DNA from: Octopus sinensis
Lineage: Eukaryota
Direction of reading: 5' to 3'
DNA length: 64,000 bases
Assembly (NCBI RefSeq): GCF_006345805.1
Contig: NC_043012.1
Coordinates: 58,218,001-58,282,000, forward strand
Below the pieces are notes generated by a model. It saw nothing but the letters and a program-made list of their open reading frames with translations. It made no database searches and was not told the DNA's origin. Every line of letters begins with the position of its first letter. Position 1 is the stretch's first letter. The position numbers and the translations under genes are program-made. Positions 1-11,939 of this stretch are shown piece after piece.

Positions 1-1470
1 GGGGCTTATGAAAGACCCAAAACGAAAGATATATGGAAACATTTTAACATTTTGCATTATTAAAAGTTAATTCAGAGACGACATTTTTAACGTGTGAAAC
101 TAACAATCTTAGAGGTTTTATACTGTCTAAAAGCGTTCTGACATCAATTTATAAGTTATATATATATATTTATTATCCTGGGACCTCCTGGTAATTAATT
201 GTATTGTTCAAGGGACTGATCATTCATCACCAAAGCCGACTGATATTCATTTTTAAGAATTGATTATATGAAAAACAAAATCCTCTCCCTTGATATCTGA
301 ATCTCGATTATTGAGCAATGGTACTGAATGCCCACGTAGGGCTTAGTTCGGCGCTGTCTCCTTTCTCTTAAATGACTGCATTAAAAAGGTAAAGAGCAAT
401 GTAGATTTGATCGAGGTTTCGTTAGTTCGTTGTGTTAAGCTCAACTGCTCCCTTGAGCTGAGTACACTCAGTGAGAAATAAAGAACAGTGACAATAACTA
501 CAAGATTAACATTAGCTACGGTCACAGAGGTTGTTGCGCCAGTCTTTGCGTACGAGTACGACAACTAAGTTTTCTTTTCCGGAGAGTGTATAGCGATAGT
601 ATGGGAAACAAATAGAATAAAAATGAAAAGAAGAAATCTAAAGCACAGTACCAATTTAAATATATAGAAGACATCAATTCGGTAATGGCATAAACAGAAG
701 ACCATGTGTCTGTCTGTGGTAGCAAATGAAAGAAAAATATATATCTCTCGGGAATGGTATTAATTTACTTGTGTGTAGGAGATCATATAATGCTAAATAA
801 CATGCTTGTTTCACTTTGCTTCTAAGCGACTTTGGTTTTGCCGTTACATTTGTTCCTAATGCATCTATCATTAGGAAAATGTGATGCGTTTGCAGAAATC
901 AAGAGAGACAGTATTAAATTAAGGACGGTTTTGGTAAAGAGTTCGAAGACGAGAAAGTCATGCCTAATCATTCGGTTGATCATCTTTTCCTTTCCGCTGA
1001 TAATGTTTTCAAACAGCAATCACAATTTAGCCGAAAAATCTGTCTCGTAGAAAAATATCCTTGCTTGATATTACTTTGCAAAAGATAGGATTCAGCCAAG
1101 TGCTGAAAGTATAAATGAACTAAGCCCCTGGTCAAGTCACATATTGTGTAAACAAGCAATTTGTAGAAGGTTGATTAAAGACAAACATACCAATATGAGC
1201 GCGATTTTATAAAACTTGCTGATATAGATTCTTAACGGTGATTGTCACAAAAATAGCATTGGTATTTTTGCTGTCGGCAGTTAGTTAGAACCGGAATTGG
1301 ATTAGGTATGAGAGATTGTTTCGAAAAACTATGATTCAATTTAGCGCCATTTTCAACGTTTCATTTTATGCGAAATTAAACAATCAAAAGAATTTACCAG
1401 ATGCATAAATAACTTCTTTTGTCTAGTTAGTATGTCTGTACGTCTGTCTGTCTATGGCGGTCTCTACCGG

Positions 1471-1646
1471 TTTCTTCTTCTTCTTCTTCTTCTTCTTCTT
1501 CTTCTTCTTCTTCTTCTTCTTCTTCTTCTTCTTCTTCTTCTTCTTCTTCTTTTTTTTCTTCTTCTTCTTCTTCTTCTTCTTCTTCTACTACTTTTCCATC
1601 TTTTTCTTTTCCTCCTCCTCCTCCTCCTCCACAATCTTCTTTTTCG

Positions 1647-1727
<81 letters not shown>
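1471..1727. repeat. Compound microsatellite (CTT)n/(CCT)n followed by (TATC)n
   Basis: Directly visible perfect tandem runs. Confidence 0.97.
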
Positions 1728-1739
1728 CTGTGTGTGTCT

Positions 1740-1868
1740 GTGTATATATGTATATACGTGTATGCATGTATATGTATATATATACATATATATATATATG
1801 TATATGTACATAGATGTATATATGCATATATTATACATCTATATATATATATATATATATATATATGC

Positions 1869-1906
<38 letters not shown>

Positions 1907-2142
1907 TATGTATATATATATATGTGCGTGTGTGTATGTACCTGCATATATGTGTTTAAGCTTATAAATATATGTATATATATATGTATACACATATATA
2001 TATATATCTGTGTGTGTGTACATATATATGCATATATGCATATATTTATATGTGTATGTGAAACTGTATCCCAATACCACTACATCGTCTCTCCCTCTTT
2101 CCCCCCGTTTCTGGCACTCTCTTATATACATACATACATACA

Positions 2143-2173
<31 letters not shown>

Positions 2174-2385
2174 CATAGATACATACATACATATATACAT
2201 ACTCCGTTTTACTTCTCTTATGATCTCCATCCCTATCGGACAACTTGAAAGTTGTGCAAATTCTTCCTTGGAAATCACTCGTTAGCATCACTGGCAGATT
2301 GTCAACTAAGAACTTATATTTCTCCAGCCCACACCTACCACATTCATATGTGTACGTACATATGCATAATATATAATATATTATA

Positions 2386-2416
<31 letters not shown>

Positions 2417-2458
2417 GATATATATATATATAATATATTAGATATATATAATATATAC

Positions 2459-2491
<33 letters not shown>

Positions 2492-2527
2492 TAATATATA
2501 ATATATATATTTACACACATACATATG

Positions 2528-2612
<85 letters not shown>

Positions 2613-2665
2613 ATATATATATATATATATATAATATATATTTACACACATACATACATATATAT
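1740..2665. repeat. (AT)n/(TACA)n-rich microsatellite field with a short unique insert
   Basis: Directly visible; source of the YIYI/HTYI ORFs. Confidence 0.95.
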
Positions 2666-3134
2666 GCCCTGATATTCAAGATTAAGATCCAGGGATCCAA
2701 TATTAAAGCTTTTGTAAGCTTCAAACCAGTCAGTGGCAGGTATAGAAGGCAAAATGTGTACATTGTACGATGAACAACTGCAATTTTTTGGCATCGAAGA
2801 TTACACACTTTTCTCATACCGAAGTAACAAGGAAGTTTAATGAGCTGAAAGTTTCTGAACATCCAACGGTTAGAGGTTTATTTATTTGCTACAAATGCGA
2901 GTAAAAACCGAAAATGGCTGAGTGGAACGGGTAACGTGTAGGGTACATAAGTTTCTTAGCGATCCGATACTCTGGTAATAATTACTCAACGAGGGATACT
3001 CAACTTACCTAATCATCAGGCCGTGAATAGATTAATTAAATGAAGGTTTCTTTGTTGCCTGGAGTTTCCAAGTTAACACACTGCATTTAATGAAGCCGTT
3101 CCTCGGCCTAATGATTAGCTAATTCTGAAGATGG

Positions 3135-3950
3135 ACGGGCTTTATGCAGTATTCTACTACGTTCTTAACATATATACCATAACTCTATATATCCTTGGGC
3201 TTGGAATCGAAAAATTCTTGATAAATTTCTTCAACTTCATCGAATGTATCAAATCGGCGACCTTCCTCTTCCACGTCATCATCTGCCTCCTCTTACTCAT
3301 CCTCCAAATCTTTTACTTTTTCCTTTCCTTCTTTTGCCTTCCTCTTTTCTTCTTATTCATATTCCTTCACTCTGTCCATCTCACCTCCTCTTCTTCTTCT
3401 TCCTCTTCTTCTTCTTCCTCTTCTTCTTCTGCTTCTTCTTTTTCTTTTTATCTTCCTTCACTTCTTCTTAATCTTCCTCCCCTTCTTCTTCTTCTTCTTC
3501 TTCTTCTTCTTCTACTTCTTTCTCCCCCTTCTTCTTCTTCCTCCTCCTCCTCCCCACTCCTCATCCTTCATAAAGTGCTTCATTGATCGGCAGAGACCAT
3601 AGCCAGATGGAGCAATGACTGGACTCTAGGCTGGATGCAGCAGAACTTCCACACCGTCCAATTCTTCAATCTTGTTGCTGGTCTTTCTGGCGATATATGC
3701 GGCTTTGCATTGTCTTGTTGGAACAAAGCTCGTTTTCGACGAACAAGTCTTGGGTCCTTTTCAACCAGCGCATCGTAGACTCGATCTAGTTGCTCGCAGT
3801 AAAGTTCAGCATTAATGGTGCGACCACTCATCACAAGTTTAAAGTGCAAGATTCCTTCGAAATTCCACCAAAAGGAAATAATGCTTTTCTTTCCAAATTG
3901 ATTTTACTTTGGAACGGATCAAGGAGTTTGACCTTTTGGGACCCAACGCT
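3135..3950 (-). mobile_element. Mariner (DD34D-type) transposase remnant, C-terminal half, interrupted by a pyrimidine-rich block
   Basis: Minus-strand translation across frames: SFWWNFEGILHFKLV..TINAELYCEQLDRVYDAL..ALFQQDNAKPH..RSMKHFMK / GRRFDTFDEVEEIYQEFFDSKPK; frameshifts and stops. Confidence 0.9.
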
Positions 3951-4079
3951 CGCTGAATAAACACACACACCTCAAAAAATATATAAAAAGCATTATTTTA
4001 ATAAGATGCAGGAACTTTGTCCTCAACCCAATAAAATAATTTTACTCTACTTCTACCGAAATTTCTTAAAACTACCTAC

Positions 4080-4625
4080 TTCACGGCTTCCCCTTCTTCA
4101 TCTTGATCCTCTTCCTCCTCATCTTGCCCTTACTATTCCTCCTTCCCCTCTTCTACTTCCCCTTTCTCTACCTCCTCCTCCACCTCTTCTTCTTCTTTTT
4201 CTTCTTCTTCTTCTTTTTCTTCTTCTTCTTTCTCTTTTTCCGTGTCCTCTTCACCTTCATCTACTTCTACCACCTCCTCTTCCTCTTTCCCACGTCTTCA
4301 TATGCCTCCTCTTCCTCATTCTTTAAATCCTTTTCTTTTCCTCTCTTTCTTTCTCCTTCCTATTTTCTTCTTATTCCTCCTTTTCATTTTCTTCTTATTC
4401 ACATTCATTCCTCCACCTCGTCGATCTCCCCTCCTCCTCCTTCCTCCATTTCCTTATTTTCCATTTCTTTTTCTTCTTCTTCTTCTTCATCTTCTTTCTA
4501 TTCTTCTTCTTCTCCTCGTCCTCCTTCTCCTCCTCGTCCTCCTCGTCCTCCTCCTTCTTCTTTTTCGTTTCTGTTCCCTCTACTTCTTTCTCCACCTCCA
4601 CTTCTTTTTCGTTTTCCTCCTTCTC
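4080..4625. repeat. Pyrimidine-rich (CTT/CCT) low-complexity tract
   Basis: Directly visible. Confidence 0.9.
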
Positions 4626-4652
4626 TGAAAGAAACCAACCGTGGTAAACGCC

Positions 4653-4683
<31 letters not shown>

Positions 4684-5200
4684 AGAAAGAGATGGGCTCT
4701 GCCAGTTCTAAATGAGTCCAGTTCCCGAAGGAATTACGACTGCACTTCTATGACCCTGAAATGATTTGAGAACACAATGCATAGCAAATCAACATGTGAT
4801 TGTGTGCGTATGCACGTATGTGCGTATGAACCTTTGGGTCTATGAGACTCTAAATATACGCATGCATGAAAACATCAGCATATCAGTATATTTAAAATAA
4901 TTGACGTATTGGGAACTCCATCTAAAGAGCAAATATTATAGGTGTCGTTGACGGCCATACGCAATGCTAGCAAACTATTGCACTCAGGGGGAACATAATT
5001 TTATTATTTGAGCAGATTTATTTTAGGTAATTTATAACAATGAATTTCACTGTTTTGCGTGTATTTTAGTAATTTAACGGTCTTTTAGATCTTTTAGAGG
5101 TACTTTTTATTACTGGAAGTAAATAAAAAAAAGAAAAACGTTGAAAGCAGAATAATGCGTATTCATATTTACAAACATACAGAAACACACGCACGCCAAA

Positions 5201-5238
<38 letters not shown>

Positions 5239-5289
5239 TATATATATATATATATATGTACATACATATATATATATATGACATATATA

Positions 5290-5469
5290 TATGTATATAT
5301 ATATGATATATATATATATGAGTATGTATTTATATGCATGTGCAAGGTTATACATACATAACATACATACACACACATATGCATACATACATCCAATATA
5401 CATATATTAGTATATATACGAATATCAGCACATATGTATAGTCACACACGCATACATATTTATCTAGAA

Positions 5470-5515
<46 letters not shown>

Positions 5516-5675
5516 GAGTGTGTATTTATATGCATGTGCAAGGTTATACATACATAACATACACACATATGCATACATACATACAAATACATATATACAT
5601 CCAATATACATATATCAATATATATATGTATATCAGAACATATGTATAGTCACACACGCACACATATTTATCTAG

Positions 5676-5739
<64 letters not shown>

Positions 5740-5935
5740 TATATGTATATATATGAGTGTGTATTTATATGCATGTGCAAGGTTATACATACATAATATA
5801 CACACATATGCATTCATACATACATACATATACATATATACATTCAATATACATATATCAATATATATATACGTATATCAGAACATATGTATAGTCACAC
5901 ACGCACGCATATTTATCTAGAAACACACACATATA
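5290..5935. repeat. Compound minisatellite, about 3 degenerate units of ~200-240 bp built from AT/CA microsatellites
   Basis: Recurrent anchors GTATTTATATGCATGTGCAAGGTTATACATACATAA and CATATGTATAGTCACACACGCA..TTTATCTAGAAAC each seen 3 times. Confidence 0.85.
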
Positions 5936-6296
5936 TATATACAATCGCACGCATATATAAGTATATAAATTTTATCATAATATTGAATTTGTTGAAATTA
6001 CGAATTTATTTTTTGCCTAGATATATCAGATGTATACGTATATAGATGTTAGCATCAGAGATATGTGGTAGTAGCTTCATGGGGCTGTCATATCTTCCTG
6101 GAATCATGGCCAATATTCTTAGAGAAATAATGTATTCTTTCGCGGATCCTACCTTGAGCCATCAGCGAAAAGATGAGGGACGAACAGCAGCAAATAACAT
6201 AACAGGAAGCCGTTTACATTCTAATAGGTCGCGCAATTCGAAGCGGACAATTACAGTTTCCAGAAACCGAAAGTCCGTCGTATATATATATACTCA

Positions 6297-6329
<33 letters not shown>

Positions 6330-6333
6330 GCGC

Positions 6334-6368
<35 letters not shown>

Positions 6369-6400
6369 CACACGCATACACACACACACACACATATATG

Positions 6401-7660
6401 TACAGAGGGTGCGATGATTTATGCTTATATAAAGAAAAAATATATGTTTTGACAGATAATAATTTTACTTATCAATAAAAGTCAATGAGGGTAAAAATAA
6501 ACCTTCTTTTCTATAACGTTATTCAATAAAGCGACATTCAGCTTTAACAACTGCTTCTATACGAGATCTAAATCATCTACATGTTCGAATCAAGTGGTCC
6601 TGGATAATTTTGGACATTACTCGGTCTATGCCAACTTTCAAAGTATCTTTGGTGTTATGGGCGTGTTCATTGACTTCTCTCTCAGCAACGCTCCACATGT
6701 AATAGTCCAATGGATTGAGATATGGGGAATTAGGAGACCAAATGTTAGGGGTTATGTGATCATGAAAATTTTCAGCTATCCATTCCTGTGTTAGTAGAGA
6801 CATGTGTGAAAGTGCAGAGTTTTACTGAAACACAAATGGCCATCTATTGCATACACTGTCTATCTAAGGCTTATCAATTATTTTCAGGACCTCAATGTAA
6901 GCGGCAGATTTAACTGTAAAGCCTTGTCGAAAGAAGTAAGAAGGCATCACATATCCTTCATTACTGACAACACCTAAAACCATGACAACTGCAGGAAGTT
7001 TTGTATGCATAACACTTAGAACATCAGAAAGGTCTGCACATAATCATCTGTCATTTCTTCTGTTAAGTTTTTGATCTTAGTCGAAGTTTTTCTCCTTTGA
7101 GAAAAACCAAATTAAATCTTCTGCTAGAATTTTCAGTTTGTTAAAGAGCCTTTTATATCTGATTTAATGATTTTCTTTTGCTTTTTCTGACAAACTGACC
7201 TTTCCTCATCATATAAGATATATATCTAATGTCTTCGTGGACAATATTTCTGACTGTTCCTCCTGACACATGGAAATCTTTTGCAGTTAGCTTCTTGGAC
7301 TTACTGGGATTGTAATCCATGATCTGTTGAACGTGCTTGATGAATTCAGGTGTTCCGATGATTTCAGAGCGTTTAGAAAGCTTTTTTATGCTTTGATACT
7401 GGTGATATGTTTCCATCCTCAATCTCTAGTTCATTAGAAACTTTGTAGACGAAAGATCTGGCAACTTTTAAAAATCGAGATATTTCTAAATCGCCATGCT
7501 AAGCCTTTATAACCACAATAACAACATACGTCTTCATTTCTAGAGCCGAAGTTCTGCCATTATTATTTTCTGAAACAAAGATTATACAGAGTTAGCAAAA
7601 AAATGCAGCAATGACCCACCCCCAAAAGGTATGTCCTCAAATACCTTAGACACCCTCTGT
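6401..7660 (-). mobile_element. maT/DD37D-like (Tc1/mariner superfamily) DNA transposon, near full length, defective
   Basis: Termini TACAGAGGGTG (6401) and CACCCTCTGT (7651-7660) are inverted; translation WSPNSPYLNPLDYYMWSVAERE, PFVFQ*NSALSH, HTH region TVRNIVHEDIRYISY. Confidence 0.85.
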
Positions 7661-7698
7661 CTCCCCCTCTTTCTCTCTCTGTGGGTCTCTCTCTCTCA

Positions 7699-7732
<34 letters not shown>

Positions 7733-7744
7733 ATGTATGTATTT

Positions 7745-7938
7745 CTGTGTCTGTGCCTTCCCCCCACCACCATTGCTTGACAACCGATGTTGGTGTGGAT
7801 ACGTCACCGTTTCTTGAAAGTTCGGCAAAATGATCGATAAAATAAGTACTAGGCTTACAAACAATAAGTCCCGGGATCGCTTTGTTCGACTAAAGCAGTG
7901 CTCCATTATGGCTGCAGTCAAATGACTGAAACAAGTAA

Positions 7939-7940
<2 letters not shown>
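7745..7940 (+). mobile_element. tRNA-derived SINE type 1, 3' half
   Basis: Matches 3' half of the full copies (GACAACCGATG..AAGTACTAGGCTTACAA..GACTGAAACAAGTAAAA). Confidence 0.85.
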
Positions 7941-8009
<69 letters not shown>

Positions 8010-8025
8010 TAATAATAATAATAAT

Positions 8026-8358
8026 ATGTGGGGGAGCATCATAGCCATGTGTTGATAGGAATTCTTTGAATAATTCACCTGTGGAAACATGGGTGTTTCG
8101 TTCATCAACCTTAAACAACCCTTATTCAAGAACCTTTTGGATGGGAGAGCCTACCCAACCTGAAGAAAATTTTACCTGGGCCACGCCTGCAAGGTTATGC
8201 GCTGTTATCTTGATATGAGATCGCCATGTCGCGCACATATGGTTGTGATGCATGCGCCTGGTGTATCCTTATCAGACAGGTAGTCATGATGGGTATATTG
8301 GGCTTCGTATATCCTACCCCAGTGTCAATTTGATGTGATGCACTGCTCTCTCACTCAA

Positions 8359-8360
<2 letters not shown>
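8026..8360 (+). mobile_element. Probable 3'-end fragment of a non-LTR retroposon ending CACTGCTCTCTCACTCAATA plus microsatellite tail
   Basis: Non-coding 335-bp segment bounded by (TAA)n upstream and (CTA)n/(TAA)n downstream; recognised as a recurrent octopus repeat end, family not assigned. Confidence 0.5.
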
Positions 8361-8417
<57 letters not shown>

Positions 8418-8444
8418 ATAATAATAATAATAATGCTTTTGTTT

Positions 8445-8624
8445 TTGACTCAGGTGACCCCTATTTTGATTCATTATGTTCCATTTGTGACCACTCCATC
8501 GTTTTAGTGGCATTTGGTACAGAAATGTTAACTGAGGCGTTCTTTGCCGTTTTCCTCTTGTTTCCCAGGGATTTTTCTTCATAAAGACACCAAGGAATTA
8601 CTGTAGTTATTATATCCATTATTA

Positions 8625-8682
<58 letters not shown>

Positions 8683-8720
8683 TATTATTATTATTATCAT
8701 TATTATTATTACTATTATTA

Positions 8721-8757
<37 letters not shown>

Positions 8758-8928
8758 TATTATTATTATATTTTTTGACTTTTGCTTTGTATTTGTACAA
8801 CTTGACTCAGAGTTTCATCCAGAGACCTCATGAGACAATAAGTTAGAAGTTCATGTTGGTAACTTGTCTCTTGAGGTCTCTGGGGGAAACTTCGAACCAA
8901 CTTGTACAAATACAAAGCAAAAGTCAAA

Positions 8929-8974
<46 letters not shown>

Positions 8975-9218
8975 TATATAATAATGATAATAATAATAAT
9001 AATAATAACAATAACAATAATGATAATAATGATAATGATGATAATAATAATAATAATATTTAATAATAATAACAATAATTACAGTTATCCGTTAGTGTCT
9101 TTATGAAGAAAAGACCCCCCAAAAAACAAAGGACAACCGCAAAGAACGCCTCAGTGTGGTCACGAATGGAATATATTTAATCAAAAGTCTTCTACGAAAT
9201 AGGGTTCACCTGAGTCAA
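8445..9218. repeat. ~770-bp imperfect foldback (nested inverted repeat)
   Basis: 8445-8620 is the diverged reverse complement of ~9065-9218; (TTA)n mirrors (TAA)n; inner hairpin 8772-8838 / 8864-8930. Confidence 0.85.
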
Positions 9219-9529
9219 TATAGAAGCAACAGAAATAACAATAAAAAAATACCAACAACAATAACGAAAAACAAACCACAGCACTTACAGCTGCAAGAGC
9301 AACAGTTGCAATAGCAAAAATAGCAACGATTGTGACAATAACAGTAACAACATTACCAACAATAACAACCGCAATAACAACAACAACAACATCAATAACA
9401 ACAACAACAACGAGCAGCCCTGAGATCGATTAAAAGACAATGTTAATCTCAATGTTGCAGCAACATATTAAGAATACTGTTACGTTAATCTCGAGCGAAG
9501 GTTTACCGTTCCGCCCCTGCACCCCACAT

Positions 9530-10180
9530 CACCACCGACGCCGCCACACCACCACCACCACCACCACCACAACCACCGCCACCACCACCACCACTACCAC
9601 CACCACCAATACCACCACCATCACCACCACCACCACCACCGCCACCACCACCACCACCACCGCCACCACCCTCACCAGCACCCTCACCAACACTGCTACC
9701 ACTGCCACCACCAACACCGCCACTACCGTCCCGCACCACCTCCAGCGCTGTCACCGCCTCTGCTGCCGACTCTCCTGCTGCCGCCGCTGTCACCGTTGCC
9801 GTTCCCGCCGCTACGCCGCTGCCGCTGCTAACACCACCGCCGCTCCGCTGCCGCAACAGCCGCTCCTCTGCCGCTACATCCGCTCCGCAGCCGCTACCTC
9901 CACGCCGCTGCCGCTACCGCCGCACCGCTGCCGCTACCGCCGCTCCGTTGCCGTTACCGCCGCTACAGCCGCTCCGCTGCCGCTGCCGCTGCTGTGCTGC
10001 CGCTGCTGCGCTGCCGCTGTTGCGCTGCCGCTACCGCTGCCATTGCCGCTGAGGCCACCGCAGCTACCACCGCCACTGCAACTCCACCGTTGACGCCGCT
10101 GCCGCAGCTCCGCCGTTGCCTCCATCGCTGCGACCACCACAAACAATCATCACCACCACCACCAACACCACCAACACAAT
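9530..10180. repeat. GC-rich trinucleotide low-complexity tract (ACC)n grading into (GCC/GCT)n
   Basis: Directly visible. Confidence 0.9.
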
Positions 10181-10396
10181 GATTGCTTTTACTCCTCCCC
10201 GCACTGCCCCTTCCTTATAATATTTCTTCTATAATGGATAGTGTGATAACACCTCGTTAAGTGTGGCTTTTTGCTGTTGGGCCCAAAAGGATCGAACAAT
10301 CGACATTCCGATAATTTCGCAGCTGTTTTTGATTGACTTCCATGTTCGAGAAGGCAATTTTGTTTTCGTGATTACACGCACGCGCGCTCCTACACA

Positions 10397-10482
<86 letters not shown>

Positions 10483-10913
10483 CAAATACACACGCAGAGG
10501 CGCGAGATGTTTATTTTTATCTCTGTATCTCTCTTTCACACTCTTCGACTTACTCTTTCTCTTCTTACCCCCTTTTCTCTCTCATTTTCCCTTTATTATC
10601 TCTTCCTATCTCATCCCATCTCTCTCTCTCTCTCTGTTTGCCTATATTTTTTGCTGTTCCTTTATTTCTCTCTCACTCTCTCTCTCTCTCTCTCTCTCTT
10701 TCTAGCTCCCTTTCCAGGTGTTCCCTCAACTCCGCCACTCTCACTTTCTCTCTTCCCTTCATTTTTTCTCTCTCTCTTCCCAGGCTTTGCACATAAACTC
10801 CCATAAACACATAAATACATACACACATGATACATACATACATACACACACACACAAACGCACAAACACATACTATATAATGAGACATCACTTTAGTAAC
10901 GGATACATACATG

Positions 10914-10983
<70 letters not shown>

Positions 10984-11939
10984 GGAGTGCGTGTGTATGT
11001 GTGTGTATATATACGTGTGTGTGCATACATGTGTATATATGTGTATATATATATGCATACATATATATTTATATATATATATAATTATATTTATATAGTT
11101 ATATATACATAGCAGTGCGTGCGTGTCTGCCTATGTGTATGTGTGCGTGAGTTGACTGTGTGTATGTGTGCGTATGTGCGCCTGTGTGTATGCACTTACC
11201 TGTGTACATGTAAATGTGAGTGCTTGCGAATTCGGGGCCTGATAATCTACGTACGTACGTGCATTATGCGTGAGAACGAAGAGCATATCGGAATATTTAC
11301 ATAATTAACGAGCTGGGAGCTTCCTCTAAAGAGCGAATATTATAGAGGCAGTTGACTTCCATATCCAATACAAGCAGGGGGATTACACTCGGGTTGGTGG
11401 ATGACACGGAACATAAAACCATAATGTTTGTGTAGATACGTTTTGGGGAAATTTATAACGATGAAATATTCACCGTTTTCCTCGTATTTTACTAATTTAA
11501 TGATATTCCAGGTGTTTTAGGACAAATTTCTATTACTTTTTTGTTTATTTGAAGTATAATTCTTTCTGACAAACACTGTAGATTGTATTAATATTTGAAT
11601 ATATGGAGAGATGCGTTTTGAGTTGATCTCTAAGTGCTTGGGGGCACGTATTTATGTTATTGCTCGCATTAATGCGTTAAATAGAATTATTTGCTCAATC
11701 TCTATTGACCAGAAGGCTATATGGTATTGAATTGAATAAACTACATATGGAATTAGGAATTGCCTTATCGAATCCCGAACAATATTAAAAGGCTTTAAAA
11801 CATGTTAAGAAAATGTTTTCAATAAAATGAAATATATTGTGCAGCAGAAATATTTTAAACCCGAATTTGCAATGCAGATACATAGTATATCTACCTGGCT
11901 GTTGGCTTTCATTCTCTCTCTGCACCTTATACGTACGTA

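Noticed and set aside
343-564. Minus-strand ORF with a hydrophobic stretch (transporter-like)
   Set aside because: TTG start right after a stop, poor acceptor, no recognisable family motif.
2938-3022. Hammerhead-like CTGATGA-TTAG..CTAA-GAAAC-TTAT-GTA on the minus strand
   Set aside because: C-C mismatch at the core-adjacent stem I pair, T-A instead of the usual G-C closing stem II, and a non-palindromic 2-bp stem III.
9440-10093. Mucin-like Thr/Ala/Pro-rich ORF
   Set aside because: Product of a trinucleotide tract; composition shifts between frames; no signal peptide or splice support.
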